A DNA stretch of 64,000 bases from positions 1 to 64,000 of IMG/VR virus record IMGVR_UViG_3300010396_000007. The stretch is one strand, 5' to 3'. Numbering within the stretch: position 1 is the first letter of the stretch; each line of letters opens with the position of its first letter. Below, piece by piece: positions 1-8,769 of this stretch. The position numbers were made by a program, and so were the translations under genes. The notes beneath the pieces are model-generated. The model had not been told where the DNA came from, searched no databases, and worked only from the letters and a program-made list of their open reading frames with translations. This DNA is from a virus.

Positions 1-24
1 AATTTTGACTTTAGTCGAATTGTA

Positions 25-651
25 TTGAATAGAGTAAGTATCAACGGAACTGCGCTTAAAGATTTAAACCTTCGCGGAATTACCATCACAAATTCGTACA
101 TTAGCGGTGAACTGAAAGGTATAAATTTCAAAAACGCCATTCTTACTGGTACTCACTTTAATAGTGCAAGGTTTGAAAAAGTGCAATTCGACGGTGCGAA
201 ACTTGGGAAAACCAATTTCGAAGATGCAGTGTTGGATTTGCAAACACTACGTACTATTCCTTCAAGGTACATTGCAAGCGTTCCTACATTGGCGAGTGCA
301 GAAGCAAGAACATCCTTTATTCCAAAGGAAGGTTCATTCTTGGGGTATAAGAAGCTTCGAGACGGAAAGATTGTGACCCTTGAGATTGGTCCTAAAGCCA
401 AGCGGAGTCACGGCGCGAACGGTCCCACAGAGCGTAAGTGTCGCTGTTCATCGGCTAAAGTTATCTCTATCGTTGATACAAACGGTAAGAAGGTAAAAGA
501 AGGTGTTAGCGATTACGACCCTAATTTTAAGTATACCGTGGGTAAGACGGTTAAACCCCGCCACCCATTTGACGACAATCGTTGGAGCATTTGCACGAGT
601 GGTATTCATTTCTTCCCGACCTTTCAGGAAGCTAAAGACTACGACTTGTAG
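25..651 (+). CDS. Pentapeptide-repeat protein with C-terminal DUF5758-like domain (5' end uncertain)
   Basis: A.L/F pentapeptide repeats, then GYKK...KCRC..AKV...CTSGIHFF. Confidence 0.8.
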   Translation: MNRVSINGTALKDLNLRGITITNSYISGELKGINFKNAILTGTHFNSARFEKVQFDGAKLGKTNFEDAVLDLQTLRTIPSRYIASVPTLASAEARTSFIPKEGSFLGYKKLRDGKIVTLEIGPKAKRSHGANGPTERKCRCSSAKVISIVDTNGKKVKEGVSDYDPNFKYTVGKTVKPRHPFDDNRWSICTSGIHFFPTFQEAKDYDL

Positions 652-660
652 GAAAGAGTT

Positions 661-822
661 ATGACATTAAATGCAGCAATTCGAAAGGCCGAGATACAAG
701 GTAGCACACATGTGTCTCGCCTTTCCCAACCCGCTATCTTGCGCGGTATACGTACCGCGTTCGATGCTATAGACCACACGCATAATGATTGGCATGTGGT
801 ACTACACCATAAGGAGAGGTAA
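661..822 (+). CDS. Small hypothetical protein (53 aa)
   Basis: ATG-TAA ORF that fills the gap; stop overlaps next ATG. Confidence 0.5.
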   Translation: MTLNAAIRKAEIQGSTHVSRLSQPAILRGIRTAFDAIDHTHNDWHVVLHHKER

Positions 823-1229
823 TGTCTGATAGATACAGTTTTACCACAACCCTACAGGATGATTACATCTTCCGGGTAGTGGAAGAGGCCGCAGAGGACA
901 CCGATTTCATCGTTCTGACGGAACGGAACACTCTGTTTGGAAGAGGAAACCAAGCACAGATTGCAGTACGCAAGTCTATCCTTGTAGCGGCAGTCTTTGA
1001 TAATAACTTGACGTTGGCAGGACGTAGCCTAGGAGATATCTTTGCCGATGTTCTGGCCGAAGACCTTCAGCTTGAGAATGTTGATGAAGCTACTGATTGG
1101 TTTGTCCTTACCGTGACCGGGGACCCGGATGACGTTGACGATGAGCTTGAGCGCATTCGTAATGAAGTGCGGCGCATCAAGAACATCAAAGAGGGCCGAG
1201 TGGTTCGCGTCAACGTGGAGTCGTTTTAA
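822..1229 (+). CDS. Hypothetical acidic protein
   Basis: AGGAGAGG SD before ATG. Confidence 0.7.
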   Translation: MSDRYSFTTTLQDDYIFRVVEEAAEDTDFIVLTERNTLFGRGNQAQIAVRKSILVAAVFDNNLTLAGRSLGDIFADVLAEDLQLENVDEATDWFVLTVTGDPDDVDDELERIRNEVRRIKNIKEGRVVRVNVESF

Positions 1230-1411
1230 AACAAGACGGGATAGAGTAAGTTGTATTAGCTCTGGTAGCGGGTGATTGGCCTTGCCTACCTTTGATATCT
1301 GAGAAAAGGCCAATCCTACTCTATCCCTTGATCTGCAAGCTTAGTTTCAATGGCGAGAATAGCTCACTCTTAAGAAGGAACAAAGCTAGAATTCACATTC
1401 TGAAAGAAATT

Positions 1412-1594
1412 ATGACCGAGCAGGAAAAAGCACTAAAGACTGTAAAGAAGATATATGGTACTACGGGATTTACTGAGCACCACATTAACTATTGCCGTGT
1501 GGGGTTTAGGAGAGGCGGGAAGGTAATATCCGCTGTCGGCGATGATTGGACTCAAGCGTTTACCGAGCTTGACAAGAAGTTAAAATTGGTGTAG
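1412..1594 (+). CDS. Small hypothetical protein
   Basis: In-frame ATG within ORF 1292-1594. Confidence 0.55.
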   Translation: MTEQEKALKTVKKIYGTTGFTEHHINYCRVGFRRGGKVISAVGDDWTQAFTELDKKLKLV

Positions 1595-1597
1595 GAT
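1569..1597 (+). promoter_or_regulatory. Sigma70-type promoter; leaderless start for the recombinase gene
   Basis: TTGACA-17-TAGGAT, then 6 nt to ATG 1604. Confidence 0.7.
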
Positions 1598-1603
1598 GGT
1601 TTT

Positions 1604-2131
1604 ATGAAACATCTCACACAAGACGAACTTAAATTATTGCTGCAAGAGATACCTGATAAACGTCAGAAATTGATGTTTAAAGTTGGATTCTTTCATGCTC
1701 TACGTATTAGTGAGATAGTCAATCTTACAAAAGAGAACATAAGAGAGGGGTTTGTTACCATCCAGCGCTTGAAAGGGTCTGCAAAAACTATGCAGCCTTA
1801 TATTAAGCACCCTGACCCGGAGTTGGATGAATCCGTTGAGCTAGGAGAATTATCAAATACCCTCCAAAAAGGAGAAAAACTATTCCAGATTACAAGGAAT
1901 GGAGCTTACAAATTGATGCAACGAGCGGGAAAGCGAGCGGGTATTCCTTCGTATAAGTTACACCCACATTCGCTTAAACATGGATGTGCCATGCATTTGA
2001 TTCAAAAGAAGATAGGAATTGAGGAATTGAGAATTTTCTTAGGTCATAAATCGCTTAGTTCTACAGGGGAATACATCAAAGTTAGCGATGAGGTAGCAAG
2101 TAGGGCAGCGTCGGTAGCGTTTAATTCATAA
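1604..2131 (+). CDS. Minimal tyrosine recombinase (FimB/XerC-like catalytic domain only)
   Basis: LRISE, RLKG, HPHSLKH, LGHKSLSSTGEY. Confidence 0.88.
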   Translation: MKHLTQDELKLLLQEIPDKRQKLMFKVGFFHALRISEIVNLTKENIREGFVTIQRLKGSAKTMQPYIKHPDPELDESVELGELSNTLQKGEKLFQITRNGAYKLMQRAGKRAGIPSYKLHPHSLKHGCAMHLIQKKIGIEELRIFLGHKSLSSTGEYIKVSDEVASRAASVAFNS

Positions 2132-2200
2132 TTGTGACCTTGACAGGTATGGTATAATTACTAGTAGGATGTATTTTAGTAAAACCTACAAAAGGAGATT

Positions 2201-2977
2201 ATGCCAGATTTAATTGATTTAACCGGAAAGACTTTCGGGAAGCTTATTGTTCTTAGTCGAGCATCAAATAAGGGCAAGTATACTATGTGGAATGTAAAGT
2301 GTACTTGCCCTGCTGGAACTGAATTTACCGCAAGCTCTAGAAAACTAATAAGAGGAAAGTATCCTAGTTGTGGATGTGAGACACGAAGATTGCTTTCTGA
2401 AGCTCTTACTAATGATCTAACAGGTAAAACTTTCGGACGATTAACCGTCCTTGAAAAAGATGATACTGGAGGAAGATTACGAGCTTATTGGAAGGTGAAA
2501 TGTAGTTGTCCTCTAGGTACTATAAAAGTAGTATCTGGTAAACATTTGGTTGATGGGAAAGTTATCGGTTGTGGATGTATGCAAAAAGAGAGAAGGGCAA
2601 TTCAAGTAATTCCTTTCATGGCCTTGTATAATGCATTTTGTAGCTCTGCAAAACGTACAGGGCGCGAGGTATCACTCTCATTCGAGGACTTTTTAGAATT
2701 TACGAAACAAAAAGAATGCCACTATTGTGGTAGAATTCTTCATTGGGCAGTAAAACAGAAAATAGGAGAGCCTTTTGGACATAATTTGGATCGTAAAAAC
2801 AATGATTTAGGCTACTCAAAAGAAAATTGTGTAGCATGTTGTGGGGTATGCAATAAATCACGCGGGGACAGATTTACTTACGAAGAGTGGTTGGAGCATG
2901 GTGCCATTATCCGCGAAAGGCGTAAGAGGAAAGAGTCCGATGAAACAGCGAGCCGAGCGTTCGCAGGAGTGTTCTAA
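2201..2977 (+). CDS. Free-standing HNH-type homing endonuclease
   Basis: Two DLTGKTFG.L..C.C..GCGC repeats, then CHYCG...LDRKNNDLGYSKENCVACC..CN. Confidence 0.85.
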   Translation: MPDLIDLTGKTFGKLIVLSRASNKGKYTMWNVKCTCPAGTEFTASSRKLIRGKYPSCGCETRRLLSEALTNDLTGKTFGRLTVLEKDDTGGRLRAYWKVKCSCPLGTIKVVSGKHLVDGKVIGCGCMQKERRAIQVIPFMALYNAFCSSAKRTGREVSLSFEDFLEFTKQKECHYCGRILHWAVKQKIGEPFGHNLDRKNNDLGYSKENCVACCGVCNKSRGDRFTYEEWLEHGAIIRERRKRKESDETASRAFAGVF

Positions 2978-3570
2978 TGCAAGCCGTTAAGGTTAAATTC
3001 GAAACACTCGATTATGGTTGGATGTTCAAGATTACTAGTTTTCTTGAGCTAATGGATTACCATGAAAAGGTTAGGGCTAATCGGATTCAATCTGGATTTT
3101 CCAACCTTTTACGTTCACGAGAACTAGAGTCATTAACAGGAGTTTCCAAATTAGGCAACGAACATATGAGCCATCCTGATGCTTTTGGTATTTACTCAAA
3201 ATGCCTAGCCACGGATGGAACATGCTTCGACGCAGTTGCATCCTACGCAACAGATTTGTTGCGGGGAATGCTGCGAAGTCTTGAAGAAACTGGGGCTATT
3301 TATGTCAATAACAAAGGTGGGTACTTCTCGCATCATCCTAGATTAGAAGAATACGCAAGTAAAGAAATAACGGAATGGGTACTCCCCGGAGAAACAATTT
3401 CGATTACACAGTGGCCCGGTGGTACACATTGGTATGCATCTGTTGGTGGACGGTCCGTAACTAGGTACGGTGTGAATAAATGGAGCACCAAGACCATGGC
3501 GCAGACCAATGCTGAAAAATGGGCCGAAGAAAATGGAGTCGTTTTAGAAACCGTAAACGATACGCCTTGA
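2977..3570 (+). CDS. Hypothetical protein
   Basis: Translationally coupled ORF. Confidence 0.7.
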   Translation: MQAVKVKFETLDYGWMFKITSFLELMDYHEKVRANRIQSGFSNLLRSRELESLTGVSKLGNEHMSHPDAFGIYSKCLATDGTCFDAVASYATDLLRGMLRSLEETGAIYVNNKGGYFSHHPRLEEYASKEITEWVLPGETISITQWPGGTHWYASVGGRSVTRYGVNKWSTKTMAQTNAEKWAEENGVVLETVNDTP

Positions 3571-3595
3571 CAATTAATGGTACTTGTGGTACAAT
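3567..3595 (+). promoter_or_regulatory. Strong sigma70-type promoter, leaderless mRNA
   Basis: TTGACA-17-(TG)-TACAAT, then 6 nt to ATG 3602. Confidence 0.8.
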
Positions 3596-3601
3596 GGTTG
3601 T

Positions 3602-3874
3602 ATGACTGGACATTCTAAATGGAGTACAATCAAGCACAAGCCTCAACTGAAGGTAGCACCGAAGTACCCTCATTTGACAGAGACTAACGCTAATAAGGCA
3701 GGGGAAAGCGCATTCAAGATTCGCGTACCCTTATACAATAACCCATATACCGAGAACCCTTGCAAAAGTGCTTGGATTCGTGGATTTAAACGGGCCGAGC
3801 GTAACTTTAACGAAGGACTACGCTTCAGTGCTCGCGTCCTAGAGACAATAGCACTTGAGGAAGTTGAGGCATAA
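3602..3874 (+). CDS. Small protein with YebC-like N-terminus and RMF-like motif
   Basis: MTGHSKWSTIKHK, then AG..A...NPY.....AW.RGF. Confidence 0.7.
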   Translation: MTGHSKWSTIKHKPQLKVAPKYPHLTETNANKAGESAFKIRVPLYNNPYTENPCKSAWIRGFKRAERNFNEGLRFSARVLETIALEEVEA

Positions 3875-3876
3875 AC

Positions 3877-4035
3877 GTGACATGGTATCGTACAGGATAT
3901 GTCGATGGCTTGCATACTAATGCACAACGTTATTTGTTCCGAACCAAGAAGGCCGAACGTCTGTATAATCGTGGATATGCAAAAGGATTAGGGACATTAT
4001 ACTTCAGAATCCTTATGGAGCAAACAAGTGCCTAA
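3877..4035 (+). CDS. Small hypothetical protein (52 aa) with two Y..GY..G motifs
   Basis: GAGG SD plus GTG start; MTWYRTGYVDG...YNRGYAKG. Confidence 0.5.
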   Translation: MTWYRTGYVDGLHTNAQRYLFRTKKAERLYNRGYAKGLGTLYFRILMEQTSA

Positions 4036-4237
4036 GAAGAAAGCACCAAAGGTTTTCCTACCCCTGCCAGATGGGGTGAAGATTGGTGACAACATCGCGT
4101 ATTACCTTAACGGATGGCGAACAGGCCGGTTGGATAAAGTAGACGGTAGTTATGCTGGCATTCATGTCCTAGGTGGAGCAGTAGGTGCCCATCTCAAATG
4201 GGTAAGCATCGCGGACATAAAGAAGGTAGATGAGTGA
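4028..4237 (+). CDS. Hypothetical protein
   Basis: GGAG SD; coupled to next gene. Confidence 0.6.
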   Translation: MPKKKAPKVFLPLPDGVKIGDNIAYYLNGWRTGRLDKVDGSYAGIHVLGGAVGAHLKWVSIADIKKVDE

Positions 4238-5351
4238 AGTAGATAGTTTTATTACAAAGTTCTCAGAGCTAACGGAGGAGTATACCTTTTATGGAGGAGA
4301 AGTTACCCTCCGTTACGACCCAAAGGACCATGTATACTTATTAGTAACACCAGACGGATTAGAAAAGCAGGCAGGTGTAACTACAATTTGCCATATCATC
4401 GACAAGTCCAACGTATTAATTCCATGGGCGTGCAAGATGATGGCGCAGAAGTTGATGACTTTAATACCTATAAACTCTAGCGTGAATGGGCCGGATGCGG
4501 ATTTTATATCTCCTATTCAAGTGACGGATTTTGTAAAACTGGTACATGAAGCCAAATCTGCACATAAAGACAAGCTAGAGGACGCCGGGGAAGTTGGTCA
4601 CGCTGCTCATGCATGGATTGAAGCTTACATTAAAAAGGTTTTAGAGTACACAGATTATCGTGAGACTTTTGAACTACCTGAGATACCAAAAGATGACCGC
4701 GCTACAAGCTGTACGAAAGCCGGTCTATCTTGGATGCAGCGCCACAACGTCAGGTGGATTAGCACCGAGCGTAAGATTTATAGCCGTGAAGACAAGTATG
4801 CTGGTACGATGGATGGTCTATGTCGTGCTGATAGTTGCTCTGACCCGGCTTGCTGTAAGGTACAGTTCAAGGACAAGCTTACATTAGTTGACTGGAAGAC
4901 TAGTAACTATCTGTATATCGAGTATATCCTGCAAACTGCCGCATACAAAAAAGCGTATGAGGAGGAGACAGGGGAACACATTGAGGATATCTGGATTATC
5001 AGGTTGGGCAAGGAAGACGCCGAGTTCGATGCTTGGCATGTAGACCTAGAGACGGCAGAGTTGGGCTGGCAGGCATTCAAAGCGGCATTGGGACTCAGTA
5101 GAGCTATGGTACTCGTGGAAGAGGCTGTAGGGCAAATGAAGGACCATAGAAAACAGCTTGAAAAGGCCGCTAAAGCCGCAAAGAAAGCCGAGGACCTAAA
5201 GGTGAAATGCAAGAACGCTGACCGCTACAAGGGAATAAGAAAACCGACTTGTAACAACGGAAATCCTTGTGAGACCTGCCTTAAGCGGTATGCTGAAACA
5301 CAGGAAAGAATCGCAAAAGACTTGCAGAATTTAGTTGACAAACTAAAGTAG
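4230..5351 (+). CDS. PD-(D/E)XK exonuclease (Cas4/RecB-like)
   Basis: G...H, E, YAGTMDG, VDWKTS, Q..AY motifs; Cys-rich C-terminus. Confidence 0.8.
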   Translation: MSEVDSFITKFSELTEEYTFYGGEVTLRYDPKDHVYLLVTPDGLEKQAGVTTICHIIDKSNVLIPWACKMMAQKLMTLIPINSSVNGPDADFISPIQVTDFVKLVHEAKSAHKDKLEDAGEVGHAAHAWIEAYIKKVLEYTDYRETFELPEIPKDDRATSCTKAGLSWMQRHNVRWISTERKIYSREDKYAGTMDGLCRADSCSDPACCKVQFKDKLTLVDWKTSNYLYIEYILQTAAYKKAYEEETGEHIEDIWIIRLGKEDAEFDAWHVDLETAELGWQAFKAALGLSRAMVLVEEAVGQMKDHRKQLEKAAKAAKKAEDLKVKCKNADRYKGIRKPTCNNGNPCETCLKRYAETQERIAKDLQNLVDKLK

Positions 5352-5363
5352 TTGTGGTAAACT
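5335..5363 (+). promoter_or_regulatory. Sigma70-type promoter
   Basis: TTGACA-17-(TG)-TAAACT. Confidence 0.7.
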
Positions 5364-5467
5364 ATACGTATTAAGTTGAGCTTCATCGGCACAGAGGGGT
5401 AGCGTTAGTACTTGGCTTCGATGCAGTACGAAGCGCTACCCCGTCACGGGATTAAATTAAGGAGAAC

Positions 5468-6328
5468 ATGGCAAATGAACTAACTGTCCTGAATACCAAT
5501 ACGGCCATTCAGGAAGGTGGGCTAGGCGTAGATTTTGGTAGTAAACTCTTTGAGCTAAAGCCAGCTAACCTATTTATTGTACAGAACAACACGAACATTG
5601 AGGGAGCAGTTAAAGGAAACCTACGCATTGCAGAGACGGGTGACGAATATGATTCCATGTATGCGACACTTCTAGTCATGCCGACTGAGCAGCGTCAATA
5701 CCACATCGGTAACCCCGGAGAGCTTAATCGTACTCCTGAAAACCTAATGTGCTTCAGCACTGATATGAAGGTGCCACATGCAAAGGCACGCATTCCACAA
5801 GCAGTAAGCTGTGCAACATGCGCAAGAGCCGACTGGGAGCCATGGCGCGAGTACAAGGAAAAGAACAACGGGCAGACAAATAAGGCTCTGATTCCTCCGT
5901 GTGATGCTCATTATCGTGCATTGTTCATTGACGACCAGTACAAGTTGCCACTTCAAATGTTCATTCGTTCAAAGGCTAAAGAGCCATTTGAGCAGGGAAT
6001 GCAGAATCTAGCGCGCGTAATCGCTATGATGAAGGCAGAAGGAAAGAATCCTAACATCTTTGATGTGCGCTTTAAGATTAGCACAAAGGTTATTACAACA
6101 GGTAAATTCACGAGTTATGTACCTGTATTCAGTGACTTTAAGCCGCTGACAGAAGAACAGAGGGCAGCATTTGGTGCGGTGTACCTACAGTACATTAATC
6201 AGAAGAACCGTAAACAAGAAGCAGACGCGCAGGCAGAGGCCGAGGCAGAAGTTTCTGCAACTAATCAGTCCGTAGACGCATCTGTAGTAGAAGGTGAATA
6301 TGTCGGACAGGACGAAATCACTATCTAG
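5468..6328 (+). CDS. Probable ssDNA-binding/annealing protein
   Basis: Follows exonuclease; C..CxxC..C cluster; acidic C-terminal tail. Confidence 0.5.
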   Translation: MANELTVLNTNTAIQEGGLGVDFGSKLFELKPANLFIVQNNTNIEGAVKGNLRIAETGDEYDSMYATLLVMPTEQRQYHIGNPGELNRTPENLMCFSTDMKVPHAKARIPQAVSCATCARADWEPWREYKEKNNGQTNKALIPPCDAHYRALFIDDQYKLPLQMFIRSKAKEPFEQGMQNLARVIAMMKAEGKNPNIFDVRFKISTKVITTGKFTSYVPVFSDFKPLTEEQRAAFGAVYLQYINQKNRKQEADAQAEAEAEVSATNQSVDASVVEGEYVGQDEITI

Positions 6329-6338
6329 GAGAAAAACA

Positions 6339-6587
6339 ATGGCAGTGAAACTTTCAGTACCCGGTGAAACACCAGATGTAAAATCGGCTATCCCATGGGT
6401 AGTTACTGTTGAAAACAATGGCGATGGTAGTGTTGACGTTGGTGTATCTACCGATGGTGAAACCCATGAATGGGTTATCTTTAAACTCAAAGCAGACGGA
6501 ACCTTTTACCGCTATGCCGATATTGGCAGTGATTCTGGGTTCAAAATCGACAAAAATGGACGCATAACTGAAACGAAGGCGGAATAA
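6339..6587 (+). CDS. Hypothetical protein
   Basis: AGGAG SD. Confidence 0.65.
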   Translation: MAVKLSVPGETPDVKSAIPWVVTVENNGDGSVDVGVSTDGETHEWVIFKLKADGTFYRYADIGSDSGFKIDKNGRITETKAE

Positions 6588-6590
6588 TCA

Positions 6591-6974
6591 ATGAATCTTG
6601 CAATGTCAGCGTTAATGGTCGGAATGCTTGTAGCTAATATCCAAGACCATTCCAAAAAGTTAGAAGTACCTGTAGAACCTTTTTCTCACAAGTATTTCAC
6701 ACAGTTAGACAAAGCTAACACTGCATTGCAAGTTTATTCTAATACCCCTTGCGCTGCGCCGGAATTTATTACCACTGCCCAAAATCTTGTTGTACAGATT
6801 ACTACTCTAAAAGAGATGGAAAAGAACATTCCATCGACGGAAGATGAAATTACAAAAGCACATGAAGTTGAGGCATTTTTGGGATTTGTAGTAGTTGCCA
6901 ATGAGGCAGTTGATAACCAAAATAAATGTCTAACACCTACAGATAAAGAAGATAAGAAAAGGAGCATTCTATGA
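6591..6974 (+). CDS. Hypothetical protein with hydrophobic N-terminus
   Basis: ORF track. Confidence 0.6.
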   Translation: MNLAMSALMVGMLVANIQDHSKKLEVPVEPFSHKYFTQLDKANTALQVYSNTPCAAPEFITTAQNLVVQITTLKEMEKNIPSTEDEITKAHEVEAFLGFVVVANEAVDNQNKCLTPTDKEDKKRSIL

Positions 6975-7303
6975 AATCGTTATTTATTGCATTGCTAACA
7001 GGCATTGCTCTGGCCCAAACGCCAGCAACACCGACAGCAGCGCCTGAGAAGCTTACGGCCACCGAGGTACTAGCTCTAAACCAAGTGGCGCAGGAAATCA
7101 ACAAGGCTAGCCAAGACGCCGGTAATGTTGTAGCAGATATCCAGAAGGCACATCCCGGTTACACATATGACTTCCGTACTGGGCAACTTCAGAAGGTTGT
7201 TCCTCTACAGACGCCAGCAGCGCAGCCGAAGACTGAGAACCGGACAAAGACAGCGCCGGAAACTCCGGTCCCTGCAAAACCAGTGGCAAAGCCAGTTAAG
7301 TAA
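6971..7303 (+). CDS. Hypothetical exported protein
   Basis: MKSLFIALLTGIALA-Q signal peptide. Confidence 0.65.
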   Translation: MKSLFIALLTGIALAQTPATPTAAPEKLTATEVLALNQVAQEINKASQDAGNVVADIQKAHPGYTYDFRTGQLQKVVPLQTPAAQPKTENRTKTAPETPVPAKPVAKPVK

Positions 7304-7385
7304 ACCCGTAACCTAAAGGGGAGAAGCTACGGGGTCCGTAAGGCTGTTTACCGGAGGATTAGGCAAGCTCCCCCAAAGGATTAAT

Positions 7386-8423
7386 ATGAAGCTCAATGAG
7401 TACTTGGACGTAAAGAAACTGAGACAGCACATTAACGTGGGTCTAGTGACCGAACGTTTTCACGATACCCTCCCCCTTGCCATATACTGCTATGGGCGCA
7501 AGGCAGTATTTGACCAACACTGGGATGACGTAACAACTAAGACTCGTGGGCTAATTGTGGACCTTAACACAAATGATATTGTCGCACGTCCTTATGAAAA
7601 GTTCTTCGCCTATGAGACACCTGGGCGCGCGGAGACATACAATCGTAATGTCGAAACAACCGAGACATTGTTTGGACCGCCTATCATTACGGAGAAGGTA
7701 AACGGTTGCCTTGGTACTTTCTGGCGACATGGTATTCATTGGGGTATCGCCTCTAAGGGTTCGTTCCATTCTCCTCATGCGAAGTTTGCGACTGAGTGGC
7801 TGGAAAAGCACATTGAGGAGCACGGGAAGCTTATCTTCCCTGAAGGTTATACCCCAGTATTCGAAATCATTTGCCAAGAAGTACAACCGCATGTGATTAA
7901 ATATGAGCGTGATGGTTTAATACTTCTCAGTCTTATAAACAAAGAAACAGGTGACGAGTTAACTCAAGGTGAGGTAGACTACTACTCCGGTAAGAATTTA
8001 ATTGATACCGTTATGACTTATTCAAATGCTACTTTAAAAGTAGCGTTGGAAGCGGACAGAAATGATATGGAAGGCTTCGTAGCAACTTACCGCCGTCCCG
8101 GACAGTCACCGTTGAAGTTGAAAATTAAATTTCCAACGTTCCTCAAGAACCGCAAGATATTCTACGAAGAACAGAAGCGACTAGCAGTTCCTAAGAACAA
8201 CGATGAATATGTGAAAATCTTCAACGAAGCGTCCACGCTATTGCGGGATGCACTGGTTGCTTGCACCGAGCGCAAGGAGTTCGCAGAGTTTTTCCAGAAG
8301 TCTAATCCTAAGCTTACTCCGGTATGCTTTGCGATGATGGATGAGCGCGATTACAAGAAGGTCATTTGGAGGATAGTTGATAGAGAACAACGAGAAGGAA
8401 GCTCGCAAGAAAGAGCGGCTTAA
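7386..8423 (+). CDS. RNA ligase, T4 Rnl1 family
   Basis: TRGL, ARPYEKFF, motif I TEKVNG, FEII, EGFV, KIK. Confidence 0.88.
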   Translation: MKLNEYLDVKKLRQHINVGLVTERFHDTLPLAIYCYGRKAVFDQHWDDVTTKTRGLIVDLNTNDIVARPYEKFFAYETPGRAETYNRNVETTETLFGPPIITEKVNGCLGTFWRHGIHWGIASKGSFHSPHAKFATEWLEKHIEEHGKLIFPEGYTPVFEIICQEVQPHVIKYERDGLILLSLINKETGDELTQGEVDYYSGKNLIDTVMTYSNATLKVALEADRNDMEGFVATYRRPGQSPLKLKIKFPTFLKNRKIFYEEQKRLAVPKNNDEYVKIFNEASTLLRDALVACTERKEFAEFFQKSNPKLTPVCFAMMDERDYKKVIWRIVDREQREGSSQERAA

Positions 8424-8769
8424 GGAGAACTACATCTATCCTTGGGTTGGTGTAGACCTTGACAAGACATTAGCGGTATACGATACGTTCGTCAGTGAAA
8501 CACACATTGGCGAACCTATACCGGAAATGGTTGAACGTGTACAGAAGATGTTGATGGCTGGTACTATCGTTAAAATCTTCACTGCACGCGCGTCCGAGCC
8601 AAATCCACGGCAAAGACTAGCAAGTATCGCGGCAATCGAGGAGTGGTGTTTGAAGCATATTGGCAGAGTATTGCCGATTACCTGTATTAAAGATTATGGT
8701 TGTACTCGAATCTACGACGATAGAGCAATACAAGTAGAGGCAAATACTGGGAGAATAATTGGCGAGTAA
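8377..8769 (+). CDS. HAD-family phosphatase (Pnkp-like 3'-phosphatase)
   Basis: GVDLDKTLA, IFTAR, K, YDDRA; adjacent to Rnl1. Confidence 0.75.
   Translation: MIENNEKEARKKERLKENYIYPWVGVDLDKTLAVYDTFVSETHIGEPIPEMVERVQKMLMAGTIVKIFTARASEPNPRQRLASIAAIEEWCLKHIGRVLPITCIKDYGCTRIYDDRAIQVEANTGRIIGE

Noticed and set aside
1335-1405. tRNA-like D-arm (TAGTTTCAATGGCGAGAA)
   Set aside because: No convincing acceptor stem, T-arm or CCA
4230-5351. Cas4 implying a CRISPR system
   Set aside because: No repeat-spacer array or other cas genes; context fits a recombination exonuclease
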